Shown piece after piece: positions 12,697 to 25,420 of a DNA stretch of 64,000 bases. Made by a program: the position numbers and the translations under genes. The DNA comes from Macrostomum lignano. Taxonomy: Eukaryota. Every line of letters starts with the position of its first letter. Position 1 is the stretch's first letter. The stretch lies in assembly GCA_002269645.1 (NCBI GenBank), contig NIVC01001966.1, forward strand, positions 153,464-217,463. Direction: 5' to 3'. Under the pieces are notes generated by a model. That model was not told the origin of the DNA. It saw only the letters and a program-made list of their open reading frames with translations, and ran no database searches.

Positions 12697-13684
12697 GGTC
12701 GGTTATAAATAACTATTATAATCAGAATAATTGCAAAGCGACATTCATACACCTGCGCGTCTGTCACACAAGCTGTTTCCGTATTGTTTTTAGTGATTGG
12801 ATTTATTAAAATAAAAAAAGATTTATGCAATATTAATCAATATTCCGCAGATACTATACTTAGCTGACTTTTAACGCAGCAAACTGGAATAATGAAATAA
12901 GTTATGAAGATCCATCCATATGTTATAGTATCTGTGTGGATTGCGGCATCCTGTATTCCAGTTGTACTAATACAGTACCTAGGAATTCTGTACGTGTACA
13001 ATAGTTTTCTAATCATTCTATTAACCAACTAATATGAGTGCCCTGTTTCTAATGTAATTGTCCTGGTCACTAGTTTTTACCCAGCGCACGGCCCTGCGAA
13101 ACTGTTCTAATTAAGTTATTATCGATACATATCGTCGGATGGGAAATATTACAGCTAATTATGCTCACTAACATAAAAATTCAAACAATGGATCAAACTG
13201 ACGCAATGAGCTTCTTCATCAGTAGCCAGACTCCCCTTAAGACAATGCCTCTCTGTCCGAGTCAATTTTGTGATAATTCTGCATGCCGAGCAATATGAAC
13301 GAGAGTATTTATAATTCATATTTGATTGCTATGATAAAAGATTAACCGATGGTCAATATTGCCTGTTGGTAATTGCTTGTTTGTTCTCTGTATTTTTACT
13401 ATGTACTGTTTTGCTATGCATCAATACAGATTGTTACTATTTACTAATGCTATGAATTATCCTTTTTATTATTAATTATACTAATACAAGGCGCGAACGC
13501 ATGCCTTTTTGTTGAATGCTCTGTGAAATATGGATTTGCATATTATTATGCGGTATTGGATGATGAGTTATTGATTTGTTAATCTTCTTACGCTCGTATT
13601 TAGCTGATGACCGGCCTTCTTCGCTGTCGATTCATCATATAGGCTATATACATGTTAGCAGTAGTATTAGCAGTAGTAGTAGTA

Positions 13685-14242
13685 TCCTGATGGCCCTCGA
13701 ACAAGGCCCCTCGGGGAAGCCACTGCCACCGGAGACGCCTGCTGGCAACTCCTGGCCAACAGCAGCACCGCCGTTACCTTCATTTGGGTGCCAGGCCACG
13801 CAGGAATTGACGGCAACGACGCAGCAGACACCGCCGCCGCCGAGGCAGCCTCAGCCTTCAGACAGCACGCACCGCCATCCGCCGAGACCGTCGCGCCCTT
13901 GACGCTCAGGTCCTGGGCCCTTCACTTCGCCCGACCGAGTCAGGCCGCAGCAGGGAGGAGTTCATCGCCACGAACCAGCTCCGTGCTGGCGTCAGCACCC
14001 TCTCATCCGCGCCCGCATCGGCCTCCAGGAATCCGACGCCTGCCCCGACTGCGGCGCCCCGGATACCGTTGACCACCTCGTTCGCCGCTGTCCCCGAGGG
14101 GACGCCGCTCGCCTCCGCCTGTTCGGCAGCGACGACCCGTTGGAGGATCAGCACGGTCGCCTCTGCCCTCCTTCGCAGCATGGGCGTTAACCCCCGCCTC
14201 TCTTAGCACCGCAGTATTAACGGCGAGCCGAGTAGAAGAAGA
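13685..14242 (+). mobile_element. 5'-truncated non-LTR retrotransposon (I-group/Ingi-like) 3' end with RNase H and CCHC knuckle; frameshifted
   Basis: VTFIWVPGHAGIDGNDAADTAAAEA (RNase H C-terminus), CPDCGAPDTVDHLVRRCP (CCHC), (GAA)n tail; flanked by the direct repeat AGTAGTAGTAGTA at 13672-13684 and 14243-14255. Confidence 0.8.
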
Positions 14243-15912
14243 AGTAGTAGTAGTACATAAAGTAGTAGCAATAGACTCGCTAGCAGTCAGGTTCAGGACG
14301 CGCAGGTCGTCAAAAAAGTGTCAATGAAGGTCGTGGTGCCAGCTTATCCTCGGCGAAATCCCTCCTGAGGTGGGTTGGCAACTACGGCTGTCATCGGGTT
14401 TGGCTTCTCCCCGTCCCGTGCCTCTGAGCACATGTCCGAGGAGTCTCAGTCTGAGGGTGTCGCTCAGCGGTGGCCCCGGTGTTAGGCTTTGCATTTTGAC
14501 GTGCGCTTGCAGTCTCCGGCCGAAGATCGCAAGACAAATGTGACTCTGCTTTGCGATCTCCAGTAAAAGTCGTGCCTTGCGTTTCCCCTGATTTGAGATC
14601 TCCGGGGGTAAAAATGTACATGAGTGGTGTACAGCCACGCGGCTAAAACTCTGCCAAATAATTATTGGTTGTAGGGACTCACGGCCATACGTGCAAACAG
14701 CTAACATTTATGTGTACTTAGCAGGGTGAGCTCTTGCTGAATTGTCAGTGTAATTGCGCAATGTACTCGTATACTTTATTCTCTGATGCTCAGTGTATTT
14801 TGAATTTCGAATTAGGAACTTAGAAGCCTGCAAATGTGACTGAGGTACTTGTATTTTCAAGTGGAGACAGACATGGCAAAGGCGACTTTAAACCAAGTGT
14901 TATTTTATTCATTGAACAACGAGCACGTCGAAATTCCCTGAGACTTGCCGGCCAAAGTGAACAACAATTTCAAGCCAAAAATTCGAGAAATAAGTAAAGC
15001 CCTTTTCTTCCAAGACGTTCAATTGTTCTACAAAGTGAGAACCAGAACTTCAGCAAGAAAAGGCGCCCAGAACAGCCGCGGCGTACGCTTTTTACGAAGG
15101 GTGAAGTCAGGGAAAAGATCAAAACACTGCACGTCGAGTCATGTCACATGGGAATAAAGAGCATCGGCCATTGGCCTCTTTACCGCCCGATTCTACAGCG
15201 ATGTGCCTGTTGAACATCAATTGTAGAGTCGGTAGTAAAGTGATGCAAGAGGTGAGAATAGATGTGAGAAGACTAACAAGAAGTTCACCAGCAAACAGCG
15301 TGAAATACATCCGATTGAGGTGCCTACTGACGCTCAACGATTGTCCGGCTTCCTCTGCTTGGATTGCGTTACAATGCCGACCACAACTGAGAGGGAGCTC
15401 GTTGTTATCCTGACTATATGTTGCAAATTCACTAAATTTGCAGATTTTCGCGGCCGATACCAAATGTACGAGCCGGCACGATCGCTCGAGAACTGAAGAG
15501 TCTGTTTGGCCTTTTTGGCTGGCCTCGCATTCTTCTGAGTGATCAAGGCAGGGAATTCTGCAACTCCATCATCGAGGCTGTGCTACAGGAGGGCGGTACG
15601 GAAAGTCGAGTAACGAGTGCCTACCATCCTCCACAGACCATATAGAATATAGACTGCGAATCTCGGGGGCCTGCCCAGGCGCGTTGTGGGACAAAAAAGC
15701 AACACAAAAAATGGTCCTTCCCCCAAAGCCTCAACTTCGATCGATATGTGGGACAAAAAATGGGCAAGTGCAAGTTTTTCAAGCGGGCCAGTGCTTGAAA
15801 TTTACTTACCAGTATTATAAAGAGTTTTAAAACCCCAGGGAGGCAAAATAAATATTTCCTTGCAAAAATATCCCGCAAAAACCCAATTACCAATCATTCT
15901 TATTCATGCAGC

Positions 15913-16974
15913 CAGCTTCTAGTGTATCAAGAAAAGAGAAAAGCGCCAGAAAGTGTGGCAACTATTGCTGTGCTCAGGGCGCTGAACAAGAAGCACCAGC
16001 GACTGAGGGTGCGGTCGAAGTCACTGACTAAAATTGTGAAAGTGCTGCAGGCAAAGAATATTGTGGACGAAGCTGCAGCATCCCGTCTGCAGTTTCTGCA
16101 TTCATTGTTGAGCTGTCTAGTGCCAACCAAAAACAAGAGGATAAAAAATTTCCTCCTGAAGTTCGGCGATTTGCTTCCACGTTGCACTATTACAGTCCTA
16201 AGGCATACAAATACGTGAGAAACTTTTTCCAGCTTCCGCATCCATCGTCTTTACGAAAATGGATCTCAAGTGTGCTGTGCCTTCCAGGACTGTGCGTCCA
16301 AGCATTTCAACGACTATCACGTCGCCGCAGCTCAGCCAATGGCCAAGCCCTTGACTACAGCAACATTGTAGCAGACGAGATGTCCCTGGAGTCCTGGTCG
16401 AATGGAGCGATTTCGAGGGCAGGTTCCTTGGCTTTGTCGATAAGGGCGATGGGAACGTACATGTAAGCGAACAGGAAGCATCATCTGCACTTGTTTTGAT
16501 GGCTGTAGGGCTGAAGAACTACTGGAAACTGCCTTCGGTGCCGTGTAGATCCGCCCTGCTATCAAGCGAAGGAAAAATTAGCCCGCACATTTTTTGCTCC
16601 CTGATGCTCAATGAAGAACGCTCAGAAGAGAGAAGGACTTGGTTGACTTATTTTCCCGACTCTAGATGTGGCTTCGTATTCTGATGAACGCCGAAACGAT
16701 TATTCGCCGCTCCAGCTTTGATAGCTGTTTTTCAAGCTCAATCGCTGTTCATGAGACTTTGAGAATGTCCAGCGCGCTATTCTCTGAATTAGATTTGCAT
16801 TCAGCAGCTGTTAGCAGAGGTATTGAGTCACACAATCTGCATTTGATGAAAGTTATGAGCATTTTTTACACCAGAATTCTCATAAAGAAAATTGAGAAAG
16901 ACATGTCGCACTTATTAAGAAAGGCAGGAAGGAGACAGAAGCTGCTGCGCACATCAATTTTTCTTAATCTGTGA
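15913..16974 (+). pseudogene. P-element/THAP9-type transposase remnant, frameshifted and internally deleted
   Basis: Across frames: FPPEVRRFASTLHYYSPKAYKYVRNFFQLPHPSSLRKW..PG, YSNIVADEMSL, ALVLMAVGLKNYWKLP and C-terminal GRRQKLLRTSIFLNL, as in THAP9/P transposases. Confidence 0.8.
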
Positions 16975-17759
16975 GAGCTTGGACTTTGAAGGACATTTCG
17001 GGGTTAGCAGCTTAAATTTAATTACTTTTTACGTATTTGATTTTCGTGGCGTTTTATGTGAAAAATAAGAAAAAATGTATCTCAATTGCATGTGTCCAAT
17101 AGGAGCACAATGGAAAAGAGGCCCGCCCTGTACCACATCGATCGAGCTGGGGTGGGTGAGAGGGACCAGTTTCTTATGGGGGAAATGGCCCACTTTTTTC
17201 TTCACTTTACTGGTCTATATTCTATATGGTCTGTGATCGGCACCTGGACGCTTCGCCTTTCAGAGCTGTTTTTGGTTTTGACCTGTTTTTTGGCTTTTTT
17301 GGCTGGCTTTCGGCCAGAATCAAAATTGCCCAGCAGCGAATGCGGGAACGTCACTCGAGGATATATATATAAACTTCCCAATTTACCGTCGCGATGATCG
17401 AAAAGGCGGAAAACTTCTGTCCACTTGGAGCGACTGCACGCACTCAGTGCGCAGATGCGTGAGGCGAAACGTCTACCAATTGGCTGGCCTACCCTAAAGC
17501 GCTGTGTCAATGGAGTACATCTGAAGCGATGCAGGACGCAGGCCGAACCTTATACTCGTAATCAAAGTGCTTCCCCAATATTCTGGTGACTTTAACTAAT
17601 TGAACTAACTAATTAATTTACCTAACTACTAACTAACTACTACTAACTACATGTAACTACGCTCGTAATTTAACTAATTGATTGAAAATACCAACAACAA
17701 TTGCGTCTTAGAATTTTTGACAATTTGGTAGTTATTGCTTCTTTGCTTTGAACATATTA

Positions 17760-18713
17760 CGAGGGGCATTCAAAAAGTTTTGGCAACAGGCAACTAAAAT
17801 CTAGTGGAAGCTTATTATTCTAAAAGTAAGGGTTTACAGTCCTTCTATGTAGTCTCCGCCGCGCTCTATGCACTTCTGATGCCTCCGTATCCACGAATCA
17901 AAGGCGCCACGGTACTCCGATTCAGTGAATGCCCTCAACTCTGAATTGATAGCGCGGGCCAGGTCTTGCGGCCTCTGAAATCGGCGCCCAGCCAGCCTCT
18001 CCGTCAATTTCGGGAAGGCCCAGAAGTCGCACGGAGCTAAGTCCGATGTGACGATGTCAGAGAGGCGCTTGGTGCCGCCAGAACCAAAGCAGCGCAAGAA
18101 CTCCTGACTGCAGCGAACCCGCTCCTGGCGCTGCTCCTCAGTGAGCTGATGCGGCACCCAACGAGCTGTGATTTTTCTGAGACCCAGCTGATCATGCAGG
18201 ATGGTGAAAACGCTGCTATCAGATATGCCAAGTGTCTGGCTCAGTATGGCAACAGAAATGTTTGGGTCCTCAGCCACCAGCGATTGCACAGCGTCAATGT
18301 TGCTCTTGGTCACGGCTGTGCTCGGCCTCCCAGATCGAGGGTTGTCACTGAGGCTGCTCCTGCCGGCGCCAAAAGCCTCAATCCATTGCGCAACAGTTCT
18401 ATAAGATGGAGCTTGATCCCCTATCACCTGTGCTAAGTCGGCATGAATTTTGGTGGCGTTTTCTCCAAGTTGTACGCGCATGAAGATGTAGAAGCGCGCA
18501 TTTTCTGAGCTGATATTTTCCATATTATGTCAGAAGCTGAAACTTAGTTATGGTTAGCTGTGAATTGTGCAATAACGGGTGAAGCTATTGAGCTGAAAGT
18601 TTATACGTTGGTATCAGGCATGTTACTAAAGACATTCCTAAAATTTAGTGCATTTTGCTTGAGCCAAAGTATATCTGCATATGCAGTTGCCAAAACTTTT
18701 TGAATGCCCCTCG
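17760..18713 (-). mobile_element. Mariner (Tc1/mariner) transposon, 954 bp, internally deleted
   Basis: Perfect 28-bp TIRs CGAGGGGCATTCAAAAAGTTTTGGCAAC (17760-17787, inverse at 18686-18713); TA target duplication at 17758-59 and 18714-15. Confidence 0.95.
17834..18523 (-). CDS. Mariner transposase with in-frame deletion of the catalytic core (229 aa)
   Basis: HTH region, PRSGRP, WVPHQL, then IVTSD fused directly to LAPCDFWAFPKL; open from ATG to stop. Confidence 0.85.
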   Translation of the reverse strand: MENISSENARFYIFMRVQLGENATKIHADLAQVIGDQAPSYRTVAQWIEAFGAGRSSLSDNPRSGRPSTAVTKSNIDAVQSLVAEDPNISVAILSQTLGISDSSVFTILHDQLGLRKITARWVPHQLTEEQRQERVRCSQEFLRCFGSGGTKRLSDIVTSDLAPCDFWAFPKLTERLAGRRFQRPQDLARAINSELRAFTESEYRGAFDSWIRRHQKCIERGGDYIEGL

Positions 18714-19171
18714 TAAATTGAAAAATCGTTCTTTGACCCGGACTTCAAATTCCGGATATCGCAAAGCAAGCCTTAGTTTTTCGGCCGGATATTTCAACCT
18801 GCTTGTGACTTCCGGGGGGGACTGCAAGTCTCGGAGAACGCAAAGCAGCTTGAGATATCCGGACCGGATACTTAAAGATGCTTGTAATATCCGGGGGAGA
18901 TCAAAAAGTACTTGTACTATCTGGGCGGACAACAAAAGACACGGATATCCGAAAGTATAACACCGGTTTTCGGCGACATCTGGAGCCAGAGTTGTCAAGC
19001 TCGGGTTCTTGTCAAGGACCACAGTATATACATGTAACTGTTATATACAGTGGTCCTTGGTTCCAGTTTGCTTCCGGTGTTGTTAAATCGCATTGAGACC
19101 GGCCAACCCCGTTATTCTAAAGCCTGAGCAAGCTAAAGGTGTGACACTGGAAAAGTCAGTGTTGCATTCTT

Positions 19172-19246
19172 ATTGGCTGAGAACATGGAAGGTGAAATCC
19201 CAGATGCTATAAAATGGCTGTAGCAGTCGCCTCCTCCTGCTCAGCA
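19172..19246 (+). promoter_or_regulatory. Putative core promoter of lectin copy 1 (inverted CCAAT, TATA, Inr-like)
   Basis: ATTGG 19172-76, TATAAAA 19208-14, TCAGCA at 19241, about 30 nt upstream of the ATG; block conserved upstream of the copy at 49481. Confidence 0.55.
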
Positions 19247-19269
19247 AGTTCTCCGAATCTGAAGCAAGG

Positions 19270-20158
19270 ATGTCGACTCTGAGGGCGCTCCTCCTCTCTC
19301 TGCTGAGCCTCGCCTGCCTGCGCAGCCTGCAGTCCTGCCAGCCGCCCTACCAGTCCGTGTCCGGCTTCTGCCTGCTCGTGAACACCACAGCCGCAGTCGG
19401 CTGGTGCCAGGCGGCTCGTCTGTGCCAGGCCGTCGGAGGCGAGCTGGTGATGGAGCCGGCCGCCATCCGGGCAGCTGCGCAGTTCGCCACGGGCTCGGTG
19501 ATGCTGTGGGTCGGCGTCACCGACATGCTGGAGGAGCGGCTCACCAGCAGGTGAGGCAATCAGCATCTAGTATTTCTGCACACAGCAAATTTGATGCCAC
19601 CTTTTGCTAAACAAAGAACTTCAAAAATCTCATCCGATGCTCATTAATTAGCCTTCGATAAGTACAGATGCTGATTATCTAGATAATATCAGGAGGGTCT
19701 CACTGAACTGCTATTTTCATCTTCTCAGGAGCGGCTGGCGCATGGCAAATGGAAGCGAGTTTGTTGCCCCAAACTCGGACTGGGCAATTGGCTGCCCAAA
19801 CAACATAGACAGCTCGGATGACCTGCTGGCGCTATTGAGTGGTGCTCTGTGCGACTTGCGGGAATTTTTCCAAGTCGGCTTCGTCTGCCAGCCCGTGGCG
19901 ACGCCGAACAGCGGAACCTTCCGTCGGACCAGCTTCCTGCAGCTGGGCGACATCACGCCCTACTACTGCTACACGGAGGTGCAGTCGGTGCAGCGCAGGC
20001 TGCTCTGCGTTCGCCAGTGCGCTGCCCGCTGGGAGTGTCGGGCGGCTCTGTTCAACCGGGCCGAGTCTCGCTGCCGCATGCTGGACTTCGCCGACGCAAG
20101 CGCGGGCGACGCCATCGAGAAGAGCGGCGCTTGGGAGAAGTTCGTCAAGGTCTACTGA
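19270..20158 (+). CDS. Secreted C-type lectin domain + PAN/apple-like domain protein, intact copy A (236 aa)
   Basis: Exons 19270-19550 and 19729-20158 (GT-AG, phase 2). Signal-peptide-like N-terminus; CTLD motifs C..GFC, WCQAARLC..GGEL, LWVGVTD, GWR, W...PNN, FVC; PAN-like CVRQCAARWECRAALFNRAESRCRML. Confidence 0.85.
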
Positions 20159-21887
20159 GATGAACCCACTGATCAAGAATAGTTGAGCAAATAGCAAAAA
20201 ACTTATTTTACACCAACTAAACACAAACTCTAGTCTCTCTGGTGACTCTCTTTCTGGCCAGGGAAAAGTTTGATGCTTGGATGGAAGCATATACGTAGCA
20301 CCTGTGTGGCAGGTAAGAAAGTTATTGGTAAAAGGCAAAATCAGTGCAAATGCAAATTGACTGACACAGAATAAATACAACGTAAGCGTTAAAGACCCGC
20401 ATTGTTGATAGCACGTGTTTGGAACTGATGAAGTTTACAAAATTCTTGGAGCACTGCAGGTCAGGAAACTATGCTTGCGAGCGAAGAGAAGAAAGTCAGA
20501 ACTGAGTTTACTTCAGTTCATTACCGCTCATTTGAAGGACATCTTGGCTGTTTACATGTAGGTTCTTTTGTTGTAGAAAAACTTGAGAGTCCATGCAGCT
20601 CAAGTCTCTTGAAAGCGTGGTGTGCTGTTTCCACTCTCACTAAGAGACTCAAGACAATCAATGGAGACGCCTTCCGCTGTTGTCTTGAAGAGAAACAAAG
20701 AGAAAGTAGAATGAAAAACGAAGTTGATGGGGTCAAGAAGCTGCTTGAGCAAATCCGCCACCTTTTCATTGGTGTCCTTGAGCTGAGTTTTCTTCTTTTT
20801 CAACTGCCACTGTGCTGTCTCGCTACTCGACGACTACCATCAAGGAGCGCATGAGTTTGCTGCGCGACACGTGATCCTGCGTAGCTGAGTCAGTGCTGGA
20901 GTGCTTCTCTAGGCAGGGACTTCTTTTTGCGATGAAGTAAAACAGCAGATGAAGCTGGCAAACAAACAAGTTTCTATCTTTTCCATGATGTGCGCTCGTA
21001 TTTGGATTTTTCATTCACTTTCAAAATGCAGCACCGCATGTACGAATTCGGACAGATTCTGTCCGAACTAGAGAGCTGCGCCATGGACAACTGAGGTGGT
21101 ATCGAATAGAAGGACTCCCGTACTCTCGATTCTCTTTGAAATAAGAAACAGGATTTTCTCGACAAAATTTGTCTATGGCGAAACCCCGTTCTCGAGAGCA
21201 TACAAAATGGCTGCTGGCCGCTCAACAGTTTTATTTATTTTGGTCGTAAGCGGCTGAGGACGCGTAAATACACGCGTCTGAAGACGATTACGACCATAGA
21301 TAAGTCAAACAAGTGGGGATTGATGTATTTATTACTCAGTTCGTGTCAAGCAAGAGGAAAGTTAAGATAAAATCCTGCAACGTACTTACCAACGACTTAT
21401 CCAACCAAAAAGCCACAATGGAAAGATAGTGCACGGCTTGCAAGTGCAACAACGCCTAGGACCACGAGTGCGAGTGTTGGAAGTGACGACGTCAGGCAAG
21501 TGTTGGAATGACGACGTCAGTCCAAAATGTCAAGGTTGACGTTCAAGCATCTTCGGCCGATACTGTTCGACCGGAGCTACATATTCATCTGAGTGGTAGT
21601 TTCAGCAATTGCAACTTCAAATTCGATGATCAGTGAGTACTGATGAGTACTGAGTGAGTTACTGAGTTTTCGAGTTACTACTAGAGCACTGACTACTAGA
21701 CAAAGAGCTAGTTAAAAATGTTCAACTATTTGCTACGTTTGCTTTTCGTAAAATATAAAGTTTGTGTTGTTGCATTATTGCACGCTGAAAGCCGCCAGCG
21801 TGCATTTTTGGCGCATTATTGCACCCTGATTGTCAATTGTCTATGGTAAAATCTCCATTATTTTGACTCACTTGTTGGCTAGACTAT

Positions 21888-22316
21888 ATGATAATGGGTA
21901 TTCCTGACGACTTACTTGACTTGACTCTGCCGGATATGGATTTTAATCTTGAAGTGCTCATGGTGGCCGAAGGCGACAAACAACGTGATGGAGTGGTTTC
22001 AAGTCGGCATGCGATGATGAACGAGTTGGAGTTGAATTTGCAACTGAATAAAGCGACACCTGAAAATACTAAAAAGAAGGCTGATTGGATCGTTGGCGTA
22101 TTCAAGCATTGGCATGAGCAGAAGAAGACTGCTTGGTCAACGGGTGGTGGTCCATCGTTAATGGTCCTGAAAGATCTCTCGGAGATGACGAAGCAAGATC
22201 TGAATTATCTTCTGAAGTACTTCGTTATGGAAGTACGCAATCAGGATGGAGAACGGTTCACTTCCACCACTCTGAATGACTCTTTGTCCATGATTCAATG
22301 GTACTGGCGCCGTTAA
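21888..22316 (+). pseudogene. Crypton/DUF3504-type tyrosine-recombinase N-terminal remnant
   Basis: ATPENTKKKADWIVGVFKHW..DLNYLLKYFVMEVRNQDGERFTSTTL, typical of Crypton-derived (KCTD1/ZMYM/QRICH1-like) N-termini; truncated. Confidence 0.65.
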
Positions 22317-22961
22317 CTCCGAGAGTCCTAGTCCTACGAAGATGCGAATCGAGATCTGTGGCGAATCGAATAAGGTCACCATTAATTTCGATTAACAATG
22401 CTTGTTTTTCGAGAACTTAATGACGAAAGTGCAGTTCTTCGTTCGTTCTTCGTTTCTTACACGTTATTTCGTTCAAAATGAAATTCTAAAGTATTCGAGC
22501 TAATAAATAATTTATTGGCCCGGCCAAATAAATTTCTTTCGCATCAAATAAAGCTTTTCTTAGTCTATGACCGGGCCTAACTGGGTAATAAATGTGATTG
22601 AAAGCAGCTTTCTGAATTTTATCTAAACACTACAGAAATGTATGTACCTGCGACTGCGTACCTCAAAAGGTCCATTCAGGCCAATTGAAAAAGTTTTTAC
22701 ACAAGTTTTTTAGCTATGTACTTTCTTTAATTCAAAAGCTTAAATTAGTACTGGCTAATATCTGAATAATGCCCTTAAAAGATTAAATAATCTAACAAGT
22801 TTAAATTAGTTAGAACTGTTTGGCACATTAAGGTTTCACGCCTGGAGCTGGTCAAATAGAGCCAGGGGTCAGCTTTGATGGCAACTATACGAGCGTACTT
22901 TGAATTACATGTAGTTATATAATTCCCGTAAAATTTAACATTAAAGTACATTGTTTGTAGG

Positions 22962-23042
22962 ATGTCGATTGACGACTCCGACGGCGTTCCTCCTCTTATT
23001 TGCTGACATCACCGACATGCTGCAGGAGCGGCTCACTAGCAG
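22962..23042 (+). pseudogene. Internally deleted lectin exon-1 remnant
   Basis: ATGTCGA..CTCCGACGGCGTTCCTCCTC joined to TCACCGACATGCTGCAGGAGCGGCTCACTAGCAG|GT, i.e. the two ends of lectin exon 1. Confidence 0.7.
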
Positions 23043-23563
23043 GTTTGTTCAGAACTTAAAATCATAATCGAGCTGATATATCAATCATATTTCCAGTCTG
23101 AAGCGCTGAGCTTAATGTATCAACAATTGTGGTTTGTTAGACAATTATAGAGACATTCTGTTTCTCGTAGTGCCGACGGTTCACGCCCACGATCGTATTG
23201 CTTGGCTAATCCCTAAATAAGTCATCAGAAATCGGGAAACCTAAATAATTTTTTACAGTTTTAAAAAATTAGAACTATAGATTTACAGTGCAATGCCATG
23301 TGGCATTAACTGTAATGGCGATTTGAACACGAAATATTCTTTTATTAAAAACTGCTCAAATTGACTCAAAATTGTAAAAAAGCTAATTCGAATCCAAGAG
23401 TATGTGCTACTCGTAAGCAGCAGACGGTCCATTTGCCCATGCACCTGAGCAACATGACCAATCAGAGTCTGCCAAGCTGCGAGAGGTTAAACACCGGTAT
23501 ATAGCAATTTCCATGCGAATGATGAAGCCCGTACAGCTGGAAAGCTGCTGGTTTACCGCAGGG

Positions 23564-23719
23564 ATGTCGACTGCAAGGGCGCTCATCCTCTCCCTGCTGA
23601 GCCTCGCCTGCCTGCGCAGCCTGCAGTCCTGCCAGCCGCCCTACCAGTCCGTGTCCGGCTTCTGCCTGCTCGTGAACACCACAGCCGCAGTCGGCTGGTG
23701 CCAGGCAGCTCGTCTGTGC
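23564..23719 (+). pseudogene. Lectin exon 1, 5' half, interrupted by an insertion
   Basis: MSTARALILSLLSLACLRSLQSCQPPYQSVSGFCLLVNTTAAVGWCQAARLC, near-identical to intact copies, then abrupt loss of homology. Confidence 0.85.
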
Positions 23720-24207
23720 TCACGCGTAATATGCACGTGACTGACACTCGTGAAACACGTTTTGTGTCCCTTCTTTACGCGAATATACGCGTGTAAGAAT
23801 ACGCACAGAATACACGAGTGAGTTACGCGCTCAAAAAGCGCGCTTTACACACATTTAACATGAATAATACGCGCAATAAACGGATAGAAAGTTGTCGGGG
23901 CAGCGCTGACAGCGCAGACAACAGGAGCCTCGTCGATAGAGTAGGACCCGGGATTAGGCCAGAATTACTCGTAGGAGACCTTCTCCGTACTCGATTCAGT
24001 GGTTTCTTGACCAGTTCTTTCATATTTCCTATCTGCCGCGTATCACAGGACGGAGTGATTAAATCCAAAACAGGAAAAGTGACAGAGGAGTGCCAGAAAG
24101 CACAAACATATAGAATTCGCCTGGCTAAATTCATACTACGAGTATGAGTCTTATAAGCTCAGGTCTTCGTCAAAAAAGGTCCTCACAGCCCTCAGTATAC
24201 TCAGTAT

Positions 24208-24326
24208 GGCGCCCCTGTATTGTATAATATGGCCCCTGTAGTGTATAATATGGCACCCCTGTAGTGTATAATATGGCGCCCCTGTGGTGTATAATATGGC
24301 GCCCCTGTAGTGTATAATATGGCGCC
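24208..24326. repeat. Short 23-bp tandem repeat
   Basis: About 5 units of AATATGGCGCCCCTGTAGTGTAT. Confidence 0.85.
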
Positions 24327-25021
24327 CCACTCTTGTGGTTAAAATACGCCCCCCCTCATTTTTTTATTTCTAAATCCGCCTCTGGCGAACAGTGTTTTAA
24401 ATTAATAGAAAAAACAATAGCCATTCAGAAGTCTACTTACAGAGAGGGTATAGAAAACGCACGATACTCGTAGATGTATGTCAGCCTGAAATTCAGTGAA
24501 TTTATAAGCCCTTTAACAGACAGCTGCTGTAACGGCTTCCGCTGCCTGGATTTCCTGGTATTTTCAGAATGAATCTAAATAACAGACCGTAGATCGTTGC
24601 TCAGCGTCACATGAGAAGAGACAGATCTGCTTCTTTTATCGTATACCAATCAATCGTCATGGAATGTTTTCCTTACATCTCTGCTTCCATTGCTGCTTTT
24701 GTGTGCTAGAATTTACTGTATTGATTGAAAAGCATTGTAAAACACGGATAATGGGTATGAAAAAACAACTGAATTTTTAGGTTTAGGGTTGGGGGTTGAA
24801 CCAAAAATTAGAATGGCCCTGTCGAACATAAAAGACTCATTGGGGAATTGCTAAGATGTTAAGGATTACAGGGGCTGCTGAGAATCCAAGGGTCAATTGG
24901 AAGTTGTTGGTGGGCCAAGCCAAAGTAGATCAAAGCGAGAGTTAGGGTTAAACCATTGCTTAAAGGGAGGCTTTAATGCCAAAGCTCACAGCTTGGGGAT
25001 GTGACAGATTTTATCAATTCC

Positions 25022-25420
25022 GTGTCATGCCATTTAATGCTAAAAATGCGCCTGCAAACAGTTAAACGTCTCATGGACATGGTGTTGCGCGGACCTAAAT
25101 GGGAAGCCTGTCTTGTATATGTAGATGACATTGTAGTCATGGGCAGGTCATTACAAGAGCATAATAAGAACCTTGAAAAAGTCCTAAAACGTCTTAAAGA
25201 GGCTAATCTTTGTTTAAAGCCCAGTAAATGTCTCCTTGCCTTGAAATCCCGGCCATAAATATACTAAGCTATAAAATACTCCAGATGGTATTGCAGTCGA
25301 CGAAGAGAAGGTACAAGTGATTACTACTTGGCCTCGACCAGGAACTGTGAAAGAGGTGCAAAGTTTGCTAGGGCTTGAATCTTACCATCGCAAATTAATA
25401 CAAAACTTTTCCTCATTAGC
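25022..25420 (+). mobile_element. Ty3/gypsy reverse transcriptase fragment, degenerate
   Basis: KRLMDMVLRGPKWEACLVYVDDIVVMGRSLQEHNKNLEKVLKRLKEANLCLKPSKC, then DGIAVDEEKVQVITTWPRPGTVKEVQSLLGL after frameshifts. Confidence 0.88.

Noticed and set aside
15119-15463. Minus-strand hydrophobic ORF as a GPCR exon
   Set aside because: Only one hydrophobic stretch, no receptor motifs and no convincing partner exons.
20471-21225. ORF fragments as a gene or transposase
   Set aside because: Short, stop-interrupted, and no motif I could assign; left unannotated.
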